This document shows positions 22,101 through 37,600 of a stretch of DNA of 64,000 nucleotides, piece after piece; the first letter of the stretch is position 1, and each line of letters opens with the position of its first letter. The DNA lies in NCBI GenBank assembly GCA_027923505.1, contig BROI01000030.1:1-64000 (forward strand), in the 5' to 3' direction. The translations under genes were made by a program, and so were the position numbers. The notes beneath the pieces are model-generated. The model worked only from the letters and a program-made list of their open reading frames with translations. It made no database searches and was not told the DNA's origin. The DNA comes from Mayamaea pseudoterrestris (taxonomy: Eukaryota).

Positions 22101-25100
22101 CACTAGCCAGGCATACCATCTTGTAGCGCAGCCTGAATAATGATGTTGGCACCATTCTGGTGTCTTTTGGGCGCATACAGGGCCTGCTGTAGGGGCGTTT
22201 GAATGTCACGGCATCTGCAGGCTGAGACTGGTGACAAGTTGTCACCAATATCATTGCCGTCCCCTGAGACACTAGCCAGGCATACCATCTTGTTGCGCAG
22301 CCTGAATAATGATGTTGGCACCATTCTGGTGTCATTTGGGTGTATACATGGCCTGCTGTAGGGGCGTTTGAATGTCACGGCATCTGCAGGCTGAGACTGG
22401 TGACAAGTTGTCACCAATATCATTGCCGTCCCCTGAGACACTAGCCAGGCATACCATCTTGTAGCGCAGCCTGAATAATGATGTTGGCACCATTCTGGTG
22501 TCATTTGGGTGTATACATGGCCTGCTGTAGGGGCGTTTGAATGTCACGGCATCTGCAGGCTGAGACTGGTGACAAGTTGTCACCAATATCATTGCCGTCC
22601 CCTGAGACACTAGCCAGGCATACCATCTTGTTGCGCAGCCTGAATAATGATGTTGGCACCATTCTGGTGTCATTTGGGTGTATACATGGCCTGCTGTAGG
22701 GGCATTTGAATGTCACGGCATCTGCAGGCTGAGACTGGTGACAAGTTGTCACCAATATCATTGCCGTCCCCTGAGACACTAGCCAGGCATACCATCTTGT
22801 AGCGCAGCCTGAATAATGATGTTGGCACCATTCTGGTGTCATTTGGGTGTATACATGGCCTGCTGTAGGGGCGTTTGAATGTCACGGCATCTGCAGGCTG
22901 AGACTGGTGACAAGTTGTCACCAATATCATTGCCGTCCCCTGAGACACTAGCCAGGCATACCATCTTGTTGCGCAGCCTGAATAATGATGTTGGCACCAT
23001 TCTGGTGTCATTTGGGTGTATACATGGCCTGCTGTAGGGGCGTTTGAATGTCACGGCATCTGCGGGCTGAGACTGGTGACAAGTTGTCACCAATATCATT
23101 GCTGTCCCCTGAGACACTAGCCAGGCATACCATCTTGTAGCGCAGCCTGAATAATGATGTTGGCACCATTCTGGTGTCATTCGGCTGCCTACATGGCCTG
23201 CTGTAGGGGCGTTTGAATGTCACGGCATCTGCAGGCTGAGACTGGTGACAAGTTGTCACCAATATCATTGCCATCCCCTGAGACACTAGCCAGGCATACC
23301 ATCTTGTAGCGCAGCCTGAATAATGATGTTGGCACCATTCTGGTGTCATTTGGGTGTATACATGGCCTGCTGTAGGGGCGTTTGAATGTCACGGCATCTG
23401 CAGGCTGAGACTGGTGACAAGTTGTCACCAATATCATTGCCGTCCCCTGAGACACTAGCCAGGCATACCATCTTGTAGCGCAGCCTGAATAATGATGTTG
23501 GCACCATTCTGGTGTCATTTGGGTGTATACATGGCCTGCTGTAGGGGCGTTTGAATGTCACGGCATCTGCAGGCTGAGACTGGTGACAAGTTGTCACCAA
23601 TATCATTGCCGTCCCCTGAGACACTAGCCAGGCATACCATCTTGTAGCGCAGCCTGAATAATGATGTTGGCACCATTCTGGTGTCATTTGGGTGTATACA
23701 TGGCCTGCTGTAGGGGCGTTTGAATGTCACGGCATATGCTAGACGTCAAGCACAAGGCATACCATCTTGTAGCGCAGATGGCACTCTAGGGTATACATGG
23801 CCTGCTGTAGGGGCGTTTGAATGTCACGGCTGAGGCTGAGACTGGTGACAAGTTGTCACCAATATCATTGCCATCCCCTGAGACACTAGCCAGGCATACC
23901 ATCTTGTAGCGCAGCCTGAATAATGATGTTGGCACCATTCTGGTGTCATTTTGGTGTACTACATGGCCTGCTGTAGGGGCGTTTGAATGTCACGGCATCT
24001 GCAGGCTGAGACTGGTGACAAGTTGTCACCAATATCATTGCCGTCCCCTGAGACACTAGCCAGGCATACCATCTTGTAGCGCAGCCTGAATAATGATGTT
24101 GGCACCATTCTGGTGTCATTTGAGCGCCTACATGGCCTGCTGTAGGGGCGTTTGAATGTCACGGCATCTGCAGGCTGAGACTGGTGACAAGTTGTCACCA
24201 ATATCATTGCCGTCCCCTGAGACACTAGCCAGGCATACCATCTTGTAGCGCAGCCTGAATAATGATGTTGGCACCATTCTGGTGTCATTTGGGTGTATAC
24301 ATGGCCTGCTGTAGGGGCATTTGAATGTCACGGCATCTGCAGGCTGAGACTGGTGACAAGTTGTCACCAATATCATTGCCGTCCCCTGAGACACTAGCCA
24401 GGCATACCATCTTGTAGCGCAGCCTGAATAATGATGTTGGCACCATTCTGGTGTCATTTGGGTGTACCTACATGGCCTGCTGTAGGGGCGTTTGAATGTC
24501 ACGGCATCTGCAGGCTGAGACTGGTGACAAGTTGTCACCAATATCATTGCCGTCCCCTGAGACACTAGCCAGGCATACCATCTTGTAGCGCAGCCTGAAT
24601 AATGATGTTGGCACCATTCTGGTGTCATTTGGGTGTATACAGGGCCTGCTGTAGGGGCGTTTGAATGTCACGGCATCTGCAGGCTGAGACTGGTGACAAG
24701 TTGTCACCAATATCATTGCCGTCCCCTGAGACACTAGCCAGGCATACCATCTTGTAGCGCAGCCTGAATAATGATGTTGGCACCATTCTGGTGTCATTTG
24801 GGTGTATACATGGCCTGCTGTAGGGGCGTTTGAATGTCACGGCATCTGCAGGCTGAGACTGGTGACAAGTTGTCACCAATATCATTGCCGTCCCCTGAGA
24901 CACTAGCCAGGCATACCATCTTGTAGCGCAGCCTGAATAATGATGTTGGCACCATTCTGGTGTCATTTGGGTGTATACATGGCCTGCTGTAGGGGCGTTT
25001 GAATGTCACGGCATCTGCAGGCTGAGACTGGTGACAAGTTGTCACCAATATCATTGCCGTCCCCTGAGACACTAGCCAGGCATACCATCTTGTAGCGCAG

Positions 25101-28100
25101 CCTGAATAATGATGTTGGCACCATTCTGGTGTCATTTGGGTGTATACATGGCCTGCTGTAGGGGCGTTTGAATGTCACGGCATCTGCAGGCTGAGACTGG
25201 TGACAAGTTGTCACCAATATCATTGCCGTCCCCTGAGACACTAGCCAGGCATACCATCTTGTAGCGCAGCCTGAATAATGATGTTGGCACCATTGTGGTG
25301 TCATTTTGGTGTATACATGGCCTGCTGTAGGGGCGTTTGAATGTCACGGCATCTGCAGGCTGAGACTGGTGACAAGTTGTCACCAATATCATTGCCGTCC
25401 CCTGAGACACTAGCCAGGCATACCATCTTGTTGCGCAGCCTGAATAATGATGTTGGCACCATTCTGGTGTCATTTGGGTGTATACATGGCCTGCTGTAGG
25501 GGCGTTTGAATGTCACGGCATCTGCAGGCTGAGACTGGTGACAAGTTGTCACCAATATCATTGCCGTCCCCTGAGACACTAGCCAGGCATACCATCTTGT
25601 AGCGCAGCCTGAATAATGATGTTGGCACCATTCTGGTGTCATTTGGGAGTATACATGGCCTGCTGTGGGGGCGTTTGAATGTCACGGCATCTGCAGGCTG
25701 AGACTGGTGACAAGTTGTCACCAATATCATTGCCGTCCCCTGAGACACTAGCCAGGCATACCATCTTGTAGCGCAGCCTGAATAATGATGTTGGCACCAT
25801 TCTGGTGTCATTTGGGTGTACCTACATGGCCTGCTGTAGGGGCGTTTGAATGTCACGGCATCTGCAGGCTGAGACTGGTGACAAGTTGTCACCAATATCA
25901 TTGCCGTCCCCTGAGACACTAGCCAGGCATACCATCTTGTAGCGCAGCCTGAATAATGATGTTGGCACCATTCTGGTGTCATTTGGGTGTATACATGGCC
26001 TGCTGTAGGGGCGTTTGAATGTCACGGCATCTGCAGGCTGAGACTGGTGACAAGTTGTCACCAATATCATTGCCGTCCCCTGAGACACTAGCCAGGCATA
26101 CCATCTTGTAGCGCAGCCTGAATAATGATGTTGGCACCATTCTGGTGTCATTTGGGTGTATACATGGCCTGCTGTAGGGGCGTTTGAATGTCACGGCATC
26201 TGCAGGCTGAGACTGGTGACAAGTTGTCACCAATATCATTGCCGTCCCCTGAGACACTAGCCAGGCATACCATCTTGTAGCGCAGCCTGAATAATGATGT
26301 TGGCACCATTCTGGTGTCATTTGGGTGTATACATGGCCTGCTGTAGGGGCGTTTGAATGTCACGGCATCTGCAGGCTGAGACTGGCGACAAGTTGTCACC
26401 AATATCATTGCCGTCCCCTGAGACACTAGCCAGGCATACCATCTTGTAGCGCAGCCTGAATAATGATGTTGGCACCATTCTGGTGTCATTTGGGTGTATA
26501 CATGGCCTGCTGTAGGGGCGTTTGAATGTCACGGCATCTGCGGGCTGAGACTGGTGACAAGTTGTCACCAATATCATTGCCGTCCCCTGAGACACTAGCC
26601 AGGCATACCATCTTGTAGCGCAGCCTGAATAATGATGTTGGCACCATTCTGGTGTCATTTGGGTGTATACATGGCTTGCTGTAGGGGCGTTTGAATGTCA
26701 CGGCATCTGCAGGCTGAGACTGGTGACAAGTTGTCACCAATATCATTGCCGTCCCCTGAGACACTAGCCAGGCATACCATCTTGTTGCGCAGCCTGAATA
26801 ATGATGTTGGCACCATTCTGGTGTCATTTGGGTGTATACATGGCCTGCTGTAGGGGCGTTTGAATGTCACGGCATCTGCAGGCTGAGACTGGTGACAAGT
26901 TGTCACCAATATCATTGCCATCCCCTGAGACACTAGCCAGGCATACCATCTTGTAGCGCAGCCTGAATAATGATGTTGGCACCATTCTGGTGTCATTTGG
27001 GTGTATACATGGCCTGCTGTAGGAGCATTTGAATGTCACGGCATCTGCAGGCTGAGACTGGTGACAAGTTGTCACCAATATCATTGCCGTCCCCTGAGAC
27101 ACTAGCCAGGCATACCATCTTGTTGCGCAGCCTGAATAATGATGTTGGCACCATTCTGGTGTCATTTGGGTGTATACATGGCCTGCTGTAGGGGCGTTTG
27201 AATGTCACGGCATCTGCAGGCTGAGACTGGTGACAAGTTGTCACCAATATCATTGCCGTCCCCTGAGACACTAGCCAGGCATACCATCTTGTAGCGCAGC
27301 CTGAATAATGATGTTGGCACCATTCTGGTGTCATTTGGGTGTATACATGGCCTGCTGTAGGGGCGTTTGAATGTCACGGCATCTGCAGGCTGAGACTGGT
27401 GACAAGTTGTCACCAATATCATTGCCATCCCCTGAGACACTAGCCAGGCATACCATCTTGTAGCGCAGCCTGAATAATGATGTTGGCACCATTCTGGTGT
27501 ATTTGGGTACCTACAGGGCCTGCTGTAGGGGCGTTTGAATGTCACGGCATCTGCAGGCTGGAGACTGGTGACAAGTTGTCACCAATATCATTGCCGTCCC
27601 CTGAGACACTAGCCAGGCATACCATCTTGTAGCGCAGCCTGAATAATGATGTTGGCACCATTCTGGTGTCATTTGGGTGTATACATGGCCTGCTGTAGGG
27701 GCGTTTGAATGTCACGGCATCTGCAGGCTGAGACTGGTGACAAGTTGTCACCAATATCATTGCCGTCCCCTGAGACACTAGCCAGGCATACCATCTTGTT
27801 GCGCAGCCTGAATAATGATGTTGGCACCATTCTGGTGTCATTTGGGTGTACTACATGGCCTGCTGTAGGGGCGTTTGAATGTCACGGCATCTGCAGGCTG
27901 AGACTGGTGACAAGTTGTCACCAATATCATCTGCCGTCCCCTGAGACACTAGCCAGGCATACCATCTTGTAGCGCAGCCTGAATAATGATGTTGGCACCA
28001 TTCTGGTGTCATTTGGGTACTACAGGGCCTGCTGTAGGGGGCGTTTGAATGTCACGGCATCTGCAGGCTGAGACTGGTGACAAGTTGTCACCAATATCAT

Positions 28101-31100
28101 TGCCGTCCCCTGAGACACTAGCCAGGCATACCATCTTGTAGCGCAAAGCCTGAATAATGATGTTGGCACCATTCTGGTGTCATTTGGGTTACTACATGGC
28201 TTGCTGTAGGGCGTTTTGAATGTCACGGCATCTGCAGGCTGAGACTGGTGACAAGTTGTCACCAATATCATTGCCGTCCCCTGAGACACTAGCCAGGCAT
28301 ACCATCTTGTAGCGCAGCCTGAATAATGATGTTGGCACCATTCTGGTGTCATTTGGGTGTATACATGGCCTGCTGTAGGGGCGTTTGAATGTCACGGCAT
28401 CTGCAGGCTGAGACTGGTGACAAGTTGTCACCAATATCATTGCCGTCCCCTGAGACACTAGCCAGGCATACCATCTTGTAGCGCAGCCTGAATAATGATG
28501 TTGGCAACATTCTGTGTCATTTGGGTGTATGACATGGCCTGCTGTAGGGGGCGTTTGAGTGTCAAGGCATCTGCTGGCTGAGACTGGTGACAAGTGGTCA
28601 CCAATATCATTGCCGTCCCCTGAGACACTAGCCAGGCATACCATCTTGTTGCGCAGCCTGAATAATGATGTTGGCACCATTCTGGTGTCATTTGGGTGTA
28701 TACATGGCCTGCTGTAGGGGCGTTTGAATGTCACGGCATCTGCAGGCTGAGACTGGTGACAAGTTGTCACCAATATCATTGCCATTGCCTGAGACACTAG
28801 CCAGGCATACCATCTTGTAGCGCAGCCTGAATAATGATGTTGGCACCATTCTGGTGTATTTGGAGTGTATACAGGGCCTGCTGTAGGGGCGTTTGAATGT
28901 CACGGCATCTGCAGGCTGAGACTGGTGACAAGTTGTCACCAATATCATTGCCGTCCCCTGAGACACTAGCCAGGCATACCATCTTGTAGGGCAGCTTGAA
29001 TAATTATATTGGCAATATTCTGGTGGCATTTGGTGCGGGTGAATGTCACGAGCACCTACAGGCCTGCTGTGGGCGTTTGGATGTCACGGCATGTGCAGGC
29101 TGAGACTGGTGACAGATGTCACCAATATCATTGCCATCCCCTGAGACACTAGCCAGGCATACCATCTTGTTGCTCAGCCTGAATAATGATGTTGGCACCA
29201 TTCTGGTGTCATTTGGGTGTATACATGGCCTGCTGTAAGGGCGTTTAGATGTCATGGCATCTGCAGGCTGAGACTGGTGAGAAGTTGTCACCAATATCAT
29301 TTGCCGTCCCTGAGACACTAGCCAGGCATACCATCTTGTTGCGCAGCCTGAAAAATGATGTTGGCACCATTCTAGTGTCATTTGGAGTGTATACATGGGC
29401 TGAGACTGGTGACAAGTTGTCACCAATATCAAGCTATCTGAGACAGGCTCAGCCAGGCATACCATCTTGTAGCGCAGCCTGAAAATTTGGACATTCTGTG
29501 TCATTTGGTGTATACATGGCCTGCTGTAGGATTGAATGTCATGGATCTGCTGAGTGAGACTGGAATGTTGTCACATTCATTGCCGGGTCGAGACACACAA
29601 GCTCTCATCTTGTAGCGCAGCCTGAATAATGATGTTGGCACCATTCTGGTGGTGTATTTGGGTGTATACATGGCCTGCTGTAGGGCGTTTGAATGTCACG
29701 GCATCTGCAGGCTGAGACTGGTGACAAGTTGTCACCAATATCATTACCGTCCCCTGAGACACTAGCCAGGCATACCATCTTGTAGCGCAGCCTGAATAAT
29801 GATGTTGGCACCATTCTGGTATCATTTGGTTGTATACATGGCCTGCTGTAGGTGTGTTTGAATGTCACGGCATCTGCAGGCTGAGACTGGTGACAAATTG
29901 TCACCAATATCATTGCCATCCCCTGAGACAATATCCAGGCATACCATTTTGTAGCGCAGCCTGAATAATGATGTTGGCACCATTCTGGTGTTATTTGGGT
30001 GTATACATGGCCTGCTGTAGGGGCGTTTGAATGTCACGGCATCTGCAGGCTGAGACTGGTGACAAGTTGTCACCAATATCATTGCCGTCCCCTTAGACAC
30101 TAGCCAGGCATACCAGCTTGTAGCGCAGTTTGAATGAAAATGTTGGCACCATTCTGGTGTCATTTGGGTGTATACATGGCCTGCTGTAGGGGTGTTTGAA
30201 TGTCACGGCATCTGCAGGCTGAGACTGGTGACAAGTTGTCACCAATATCATTGCCGTCCCCTGAGACACTAGCCAGGCATACCATCTTGTAGGGCAGCTT
30301 GAATAATGATATTGGCAATATTCTGGTGCCGTTTGGGTGTATCAATGGCCTGCTGTGCGTTGAATGTCACGGCATCTGCAGGCTGAGACTGGTGACAAGT
30401 TGTCACCAATATCATTGCCATCCCCTGAGACACTAGCCAGGTTTACCATCTTGTTGCGCAGCCTGAATAATGATGTTGGCACCATTCTGGTGTCATTTGG
30501 GTGTATACATGGCCTGCTGTAGGGGCGTTTGAATGTCACGGCATCTGCAGGCTGAGACTGGTGACAAGTTGTCACCAATATCATTGCCATCCCCTGAGAC
30601 ATTAACCAGGCATACCATCTTGTAGCGCCGCCTGACTAATGATGTTGGCACCTTTCTGGTGTCATTTGGGTGTATACAGGGCTTGCTGTAGGGGCGTTTG
30701 AATGTCACGGCATCTGCGGGCTGAGACTGGTGACAAGTTGTCACCAATATCATTACCGTCCCCTGAGACACTAGCCAGGCATACCATCTTGTAGGGCAGC
30801 TTGAATAATGATATTGGCACCATTCTGGTGTCATTTGGGTGTATACCTGGCCTGCTGTGGGGGCATTTGAATTCACGGCATCTGCAGGCTGAGACTGGTG
30901 ACAAGTTGTCACCAAAAGTAAATCATTGCTGTCACCCTGAGACACTACAGCAGCCAGGCCTATACCATCTTGTAGGCAGCTTGAATAATGATGTCTGGCA
31001 CCATTCTGGTGTCATTTGGGTGTATACATGGCCTGCTGTGGAAGCTGAATGTCACGGCATCTGCGGCGAGACTGGTGAAAGTTGTCACCAATATCATTCT

Positions 31101-32580
31101 ACCGTCCCTGAGCCACTAGCCAGGTATACCATCTTGTTGGCGCAGCCTGATGATGTTGGCACCATTCTGGTGTATTTTGAACCTACAGGGCTTGCTTGTA
31201 GGGGCATTTGAATTGTCACGGCATCTGCAGGCTGGAGACTGGTGACAAATGTTGTCACCAATATCATTACTGTCCCCTGAGACACTAGCCAGGCATACCA
31301 TCTTGTTGCGCAGCCTGAATAATGATGTTGGCACCATTCTGGTGTCATTTGGGTGTATACATGGCCTGCTGTAGGGGCGTTTGGATGTCACGGCATCTGC
31401 AGGCTGAGACTGGTGACAAGTTGTCACCAATATCATTGCCGTCCCCTGAGACACTAGCCAGGCTATACCCATCTTGTTGCTCAGCCTGAATAATGATGTT
31501 GGCACCATTCTGGTGTCATTTGGGTGTATAAGCATGGCCTGCTCGTAAGGGCGTTTGAATGTCACGGCATCTGCAGGCTGAGACTGGTGACAAGTTGTCA
31601 CCAATATCATTGGTCGTCCCCTGAGACACTAGCCAGGCATACCATCTTGTAGCGCAGCCTGAAAATGATGTTGGCACCATTCTGGTGTCATTTTGGGTGT
31701 ATACATGGCCTGCTGTAGGAAGGCGTTGAATGTCACGGCATCTGCCGGCGGTGAGACTGGTGACAAGTTGTCACCAATATCATTGCCGTCCCCTGAGACA
31801 CTAGCCAGGCATACCCACTTGTAGCGCAGCCTGAATAATGATGTTGGCACCATTCTGGTGTATTTTGGGCACCTACAGGTCTTGCTGTAGGGGCTTTTGA
31901 ATGTCACGGCATCTGCAGGCTGACACTGGTGACAAGTTTTCACCAATATCATTACCGTCCCCTGAGACACTAGCCAGGCATACCATCTTGTAGCGCAGCC
32001 TGAATAATGATGTTGGCACCATTCTGGTGTAATTTGGGTGTATACATGGCCTGCTGAAGGGCGTTTGAATGTCACGGCATCTGCAGGCTGAGACTGGTGA
32101 CAAGTTGTCACCAATATCATTGCCGTCCCCTGAGACACTAGCCAGGCATACCATCTTCTTGCGCAGCCTGAAAATGATGTTGGCACCATTCTGGTGTCAT
32201 TTGGGTGTATACATGGCCTGCTGTAGGGGCGTTTGAATGTCACGGCATCTGCGGGCTGAGACTGGTGACAAGTTGTCACCAATATCATTGCCACCCCTGA
32301 GACACTAGCCAGGCATACCATCTTGTAGTGCAGCCTGGATAATGCTGTTGGCACAATTCTGGTGTCATTTGAGTGTATACATGGCCTGCTGTAAGGGGCA
32401 TTTGAATGTCACGGCATCTGCAGGCTGAGACTGTGACAAGTTGTCACCAATATCATGCCCCCCTGAGACACTAGCCAGGCATACCATCTTGTAGCGCAGC
32501 CTGAATAATGATCGTTGGCACCATTCTGTGTGTCATTTGGGTGCGTACAGGGGCCTGCTGGGGGCGTTTGAATGTCAACG
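19197..32580. repeat. Satellite B array 1 (169-bp monomer, ~79 copies); increasingly noisy after ~28500
   Basis: Unit caccaatatcattgccgtcccctgagacactagccaggc...gagactggtgacaagttgt. Identical spurious ORFs recur every 169 bp (e.g. starts at 22332, 22501, 22670). The right end is approximate. Confidence 0.97.
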
Positions 32581-32869
32581 ATGGCACCCCTGGATGCAGA
32601 CTAGTTGCACCTATATATTGGTCACACCCATGGCCCTGAGACACCAGCCATTGCAACCATTTCAGCCCATACTCATGTAATGGAATGGCATGTTTTGCCT
32701 GACTCATTGGGTTGTTGGGCGCATGGCCAGGGCTTAGGGGCGATTGAATGGTACATAATTTGGGGTGACTGGTGACACAGTTGTAACTCATTCCATGCCT
32801 GAGCCTCCAGCCAGTCCATTTTGTAGCACCCATGTCAGACCATCCTCATGTTGGCACCCTGGACCAGTT

Positions 32870-34649
32870 GACTCATTGGGTTGTTGGTTGATCAGGGGAC
32901 GGGACATTGTAGTGGTATGATTCCATAATTTGGGGTGTTGGCCACACCCATTTTGCAGATGGTGTAGGCCTCCAGGCAGTCCGTTTTGCACCATTTCAGC
33001 CCATCCTCATGTCAATGGCACACCCTGGACATGTTTTGCCTGACTCATTGGGTTGTTGGGTGGCCAGGGCATGGGGCATTGTAGTGGTATGATTCCATAA
33101 TTTGGGGTGTTGGCCACACCCATCTTGTAGACCATTCCATGCTGTAGGCCTTCAGGCAGTCCGTTTTTTAGCATGTCAGAGCGTCGTCATGTCAATGGCA
33201 CACCCTGGACATGTTTTGCATGACTCATTGGGTTGTTGGGTGATCAGGGACGGGATTGCATTGTTGTGGTATGATTCCATATTTGGGGTGTTGGCCACAC
33301 CCATTTTGCAGATGGTGTAGGCCTCCAGGCAGTCCGTTTTGCACCATTTCAGCCCATCCTCATGTCAATGGCACACCCTGGACATGTTTTGCCTGACTCA
33401 TTGGGTTGTTGGGTGGCCAGGGCATGGGGCATTGTAGTGTTATGATTCCATAATTCGGGGTGTTGGCCACACCCATCTTGTTGACCATTCCATGCTGTAG
33501 GCCTCCAGGCAGTCCGTTTTGTACCATGTCAGACCATCCTCATGTCAATGGCACACCCTGGAAATGTTTTGCATGACTCATTGGGTTGATGGGTGATCAG
33601 GGGATGGGGCATTGTAGTGGTATGATTCCATAATTTGGGGTGTTGGCCACACCCATTTTGCAGATGGTGTAGGCCTCCAGGCAATCCGTTTTGCACCATT
33701 TCAGCCCATCCTCATGTCAATGGCACACCCTGGACATGTTTTGCCTGACTCATTGGGTTGTTGGGTGGCCAGGGCATGGGGCATTGTAGTGGTATGATTC
33801 CATAATTTGGGGTGTTGGCCATACCCATCTTGTAGACCATTCCATGCTGTAGGCCTCCAGGCAGTCCGTTTTGTACCATGTCAGACCATCCTCATGTCAA
33901 TGGCACACCCTGGACATGTTTTGCATGACTCATTGGGTTGTTGGGTGATCAGGGGACGGGGCATTGTAGTGGTATGATTCCATAATTTGGGGTGTTGGCC
34001 ACACCCATTTTGCAGATGGTGTAGGCCTCCAGGCAGTCCGTTTTGCACCATTTCAGCCCATCCTCATGTCAATGGCACACCTTGGACATGTTTTGCCTGA
34101 CTCATTGGGTTGTTGGGTGGCCAGGGCATGGGGCATTGTAGTGGTATGATTCCATAATTTGGGGTGTTGGCCACACCCATCTTGTAGACCATTCCATGCT
34201 GTAGGCCTCCAGGCAGTCCGTTTTGTACCATGTCAGACCATCCTCATGTCAATGGCACACCCTGGACATGTTTTGCATGACTCATTGGGTTGTTGGGTGA
34301 TCAGGGGATGGGGCATTGTAGTGGTATGATTCCATAATTTGGGGTGTTGGCCACACCCATCTTGCAGATGGTGTAGGCCTCCAGGCAGTCCGTTTTGCAC
34401 CATTTCAGCCCATCCTCATGTCAATGGCACACCCTGGACATGTTTTGCCTGACTCATTGGGTTGTTGGGTGATCAGGGCATGGGGCATTGTAGTGGTATG
34501 ATTCCATAATTTGGGGTGTTGGCCACACCCATTTTGCAGATGGCGTAGGCCTCCAGTCCGTTTTGCACCATGTCAGCCCATCCTCATGTCAATGGCACAC
34601 CCTGGACATGTTTTGCCTGACTCATTGGGTTATTGGGTGGCCAGGGCAT
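32870..34649. repeat. Short satellite A block (~5 dimers)
   Basis: A1/A2 dimers in the same orientation as the other A blocks, preceded by a garbled A/B mixture at ~32580-32870. Confidence 0.95.
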
Positions 34650-37600
34650 CACCAATATCATTGCCGTCCCCTGAGACACTAGCCAGGCATACCATCTTGT
34701 TGCGCAGCCTGAATAATGATGTTGGCACCATTCTGGTGTCATTTGGGTGTATACATGGCCTGCTGTAGGGGCATTTGAATGTCACGGCATCTGCGGGCTG
34801 AGACTGGTGACAAGTTGTCACCAATATCATTGCCATCCCCTGAGACACTAGCCAGGCATACCATCTTGTAGCGCAGCCTGAATAATGATGTTGGCACCAT
34901 TCTGGTGTCATTTGGGTGTATACATGGCCTGCTGTAGGGGCATTTGAATGTCACGGCATCTGCAGGCTGAGACTGGTGACAAGTTGTCACCAATATCATT
35001 ACCGTCCCCTGAGACACTAGCCAGGCATACCATCTTGTAGCGCAGCCTGAATAATGATGTTGGCACCATTCTGGTGTCATTTGGGTGTATACATGGCCTG
35101 CTGTAGGGGCGTTTGAATGTCACGGCATCTGCGGGCTGAGACTGGTGACAAGTTGTCACCAATATCATTGCCATCCCCTGAGACACTAGCCAGGCATACC
35201 ATCTTGTAGCGCAGCCTGAATAATGATGTTGGCACCATTCTGGTGTCATTTGGGTGTATACATGGCCTGCTGTAAGGGTGTTTGAATGTCACGGCATCTG
35301 CAGGCTGAGACTGGTGACAAGTTGTCACCAATATCATTGCCATCCCCTGAGACACTAGCCAGGCATACCATCTTGTAGCGCAGCCTGAATAATGATGTTG
35401 GCACCATTCTGGTGTCATTTGGGTATACATGGCCTGCTGTAGGGGCGTTTGAATGTCACGGCATCTGCAGGCTGAGACTGGTGACAAGTTGTCACCAATA
35501 TCATTGCCATCCCCTGAGACACTAGCCAGGTATACCATCTTGTAGCGCAGCCTGAATAATGATGTTGGCACCATTCTGGTGTCATTTGGGTGTATACATG
35601 GCCTGCTGTAGGGGCGTTTGAATGTCACGGCATCTGCAGGCTGAGACTGGTGACAAGTTGTCACCAATATCATTGCCATCCCCTGAGACACTAGCCAGGC
35701 ATACCATCTTGTAGCGCAGCCTGAATAATGATGTTGGCACCATTCTGGTGTATTTTGGGTGTATACATGGCCTGCTGTAGGGGCGTTTGAATGTCACGGC
35801 ATCTGCAGGCTGAGACTGGTGACAAGTTGTCACCAATATCATTGCCGTCCCCTGAGACACTAGCCAGGCATACCATCTTGTAGCGCAGCTTGAATAATGA
35901 TGTTGGCACCATTCTGGTGTCATTTGGGTATATTCATGGCCTGCTGTAAAGGCGTTTGAATGTCACGGCATCTGCAGGCTGAGACTGGTGACAAGTTGTC
36001 ACCAATATCATTGCCATCCCCTGAGACACTAGCCAGGCATACCATCTTGTAGCGCAGCCTGAATAATGATGTTGGCACCATTCTGGTGTCATTTGGGTAT
36101 ACATGGCCTGCTGTAGGGGCGTTTGAATGTCACGGCATCTGCGGGCTGAGACTGGTGACAAGTTGTCACCAATATCATTGCCATCCCCTGAGACACTAGC
36201 CAGGCATATCATCTTGTAGCGCAGCCTGAATAATGATGTTGGCACCATTCTGGTGTCATTTGGGTGTATACATGGCCTGCTGTAGGGGCGTTTGAATGTC
36301 ACGGCATCTGCAGGCTGAGACTGGTGACAAGTTGTCACCAATATCATTGCCATCCCCTGAGACACTAGCCAGGCATACCATCTTGTAGCGCAGCTTGAAT
36401 AATGATGTTGGCACCATTCTGGTGTCATTTGGGTGTATACATGGCCTGCTGTGGGGGGTGTTTGAATGTCGCGGCATCTGCAGGCTGAGACTGGTGACAA
36501 GTTGTCACCAATATCATTACCGTCCCCTGAGACACTAGCCAGGCATACCATCTTGTAGCGCAGCCTGAATAATGATGTTGGCACCATTCTGGTGTTATTT
36601 GGTTGTATACATGGCCTGCTGTAGGGGCGTTTGAATGTCACGGCATCTGCAGGCTGAGACTGGTGACAAGTTGTCACCAATATCATTGCCGTCCCCTGAG
36701 ACACTAGCCAGGCATACCATCTTGTAGCGCAACCTGAATAATGATGTTGGCACCATTCTGGTGTCATTTGGGCACCTACATGGCCTGCTGTAGGGGCGTT
36801 TGAATGTCACGGCATCTGCAGGCTGAGACTGGTGACAAGTTGTCACCAATATCATTGCCGTCCCCTGAGACACTAGCCAGGGCATACCATCTTGTAGCGC
36901 AGCCTGAATAATGATATTGGCAATATTCTGGTGACATTTGGGTGTATACATGGCCTGCTGTAGGGGCGTTTGAATGTCACGGCATCTGCAGGCTGAGACT
37001 GGTGACAAGTTGTCACCAATATCATTGCCATCCCCTGAGACACTAGCCAGGCATACCATCTTGTTGCGCAGCCTGAATAATGATGTTGGCACCATTCTGG
37101 TGTCATCTGGGTGTATACATGGCCTGCTGTAGGGCGTTTGAATGTCACGGCATCTGCGGGGCTGAGACTGGTGACAAGTTGTCACCAATATCATTGCCAT
37201 CCCCTGAGACACTAGCCAGGCATACCATCTTGTGGCGCAGCCTGAATAATGATGTTGGCACCATTCTGGTGTCATTTGGGTGTATACATGGCCTGCTGTA
37301 GGAGCATTTGAATGTCACGGCATCTGCAGGCTGAGACTGGTGACAAGTTGTCACCAATATCATTACCGTCCCCTGAGACACTAGCCAGGCATACCATCTT
37401 GTAGCGCAGCCTGAATAATGATGTTGGCACCATTCTGGTGTATTTTGGGCACCTACAGGGCCTGCTGTAGGGGCGTTTGAATGTCACGGCATCTGCAGGC
37501 TGAGACTGGTGACAAGTTGTCACCAATATCATTGCCATTCCCTGAGACACTAGCCAGGCATACCATCTTGTAGCGCAGCCTGAATAATGATGTTGGCACC

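Noticed and set aside
19197..32580. CRISPR-like array suggested by regularly spaced palindromes
   Set aside because: The sequence between palindromes is identical from unit to unit (no unique spacers), the period is too long, and there are no cas genes.
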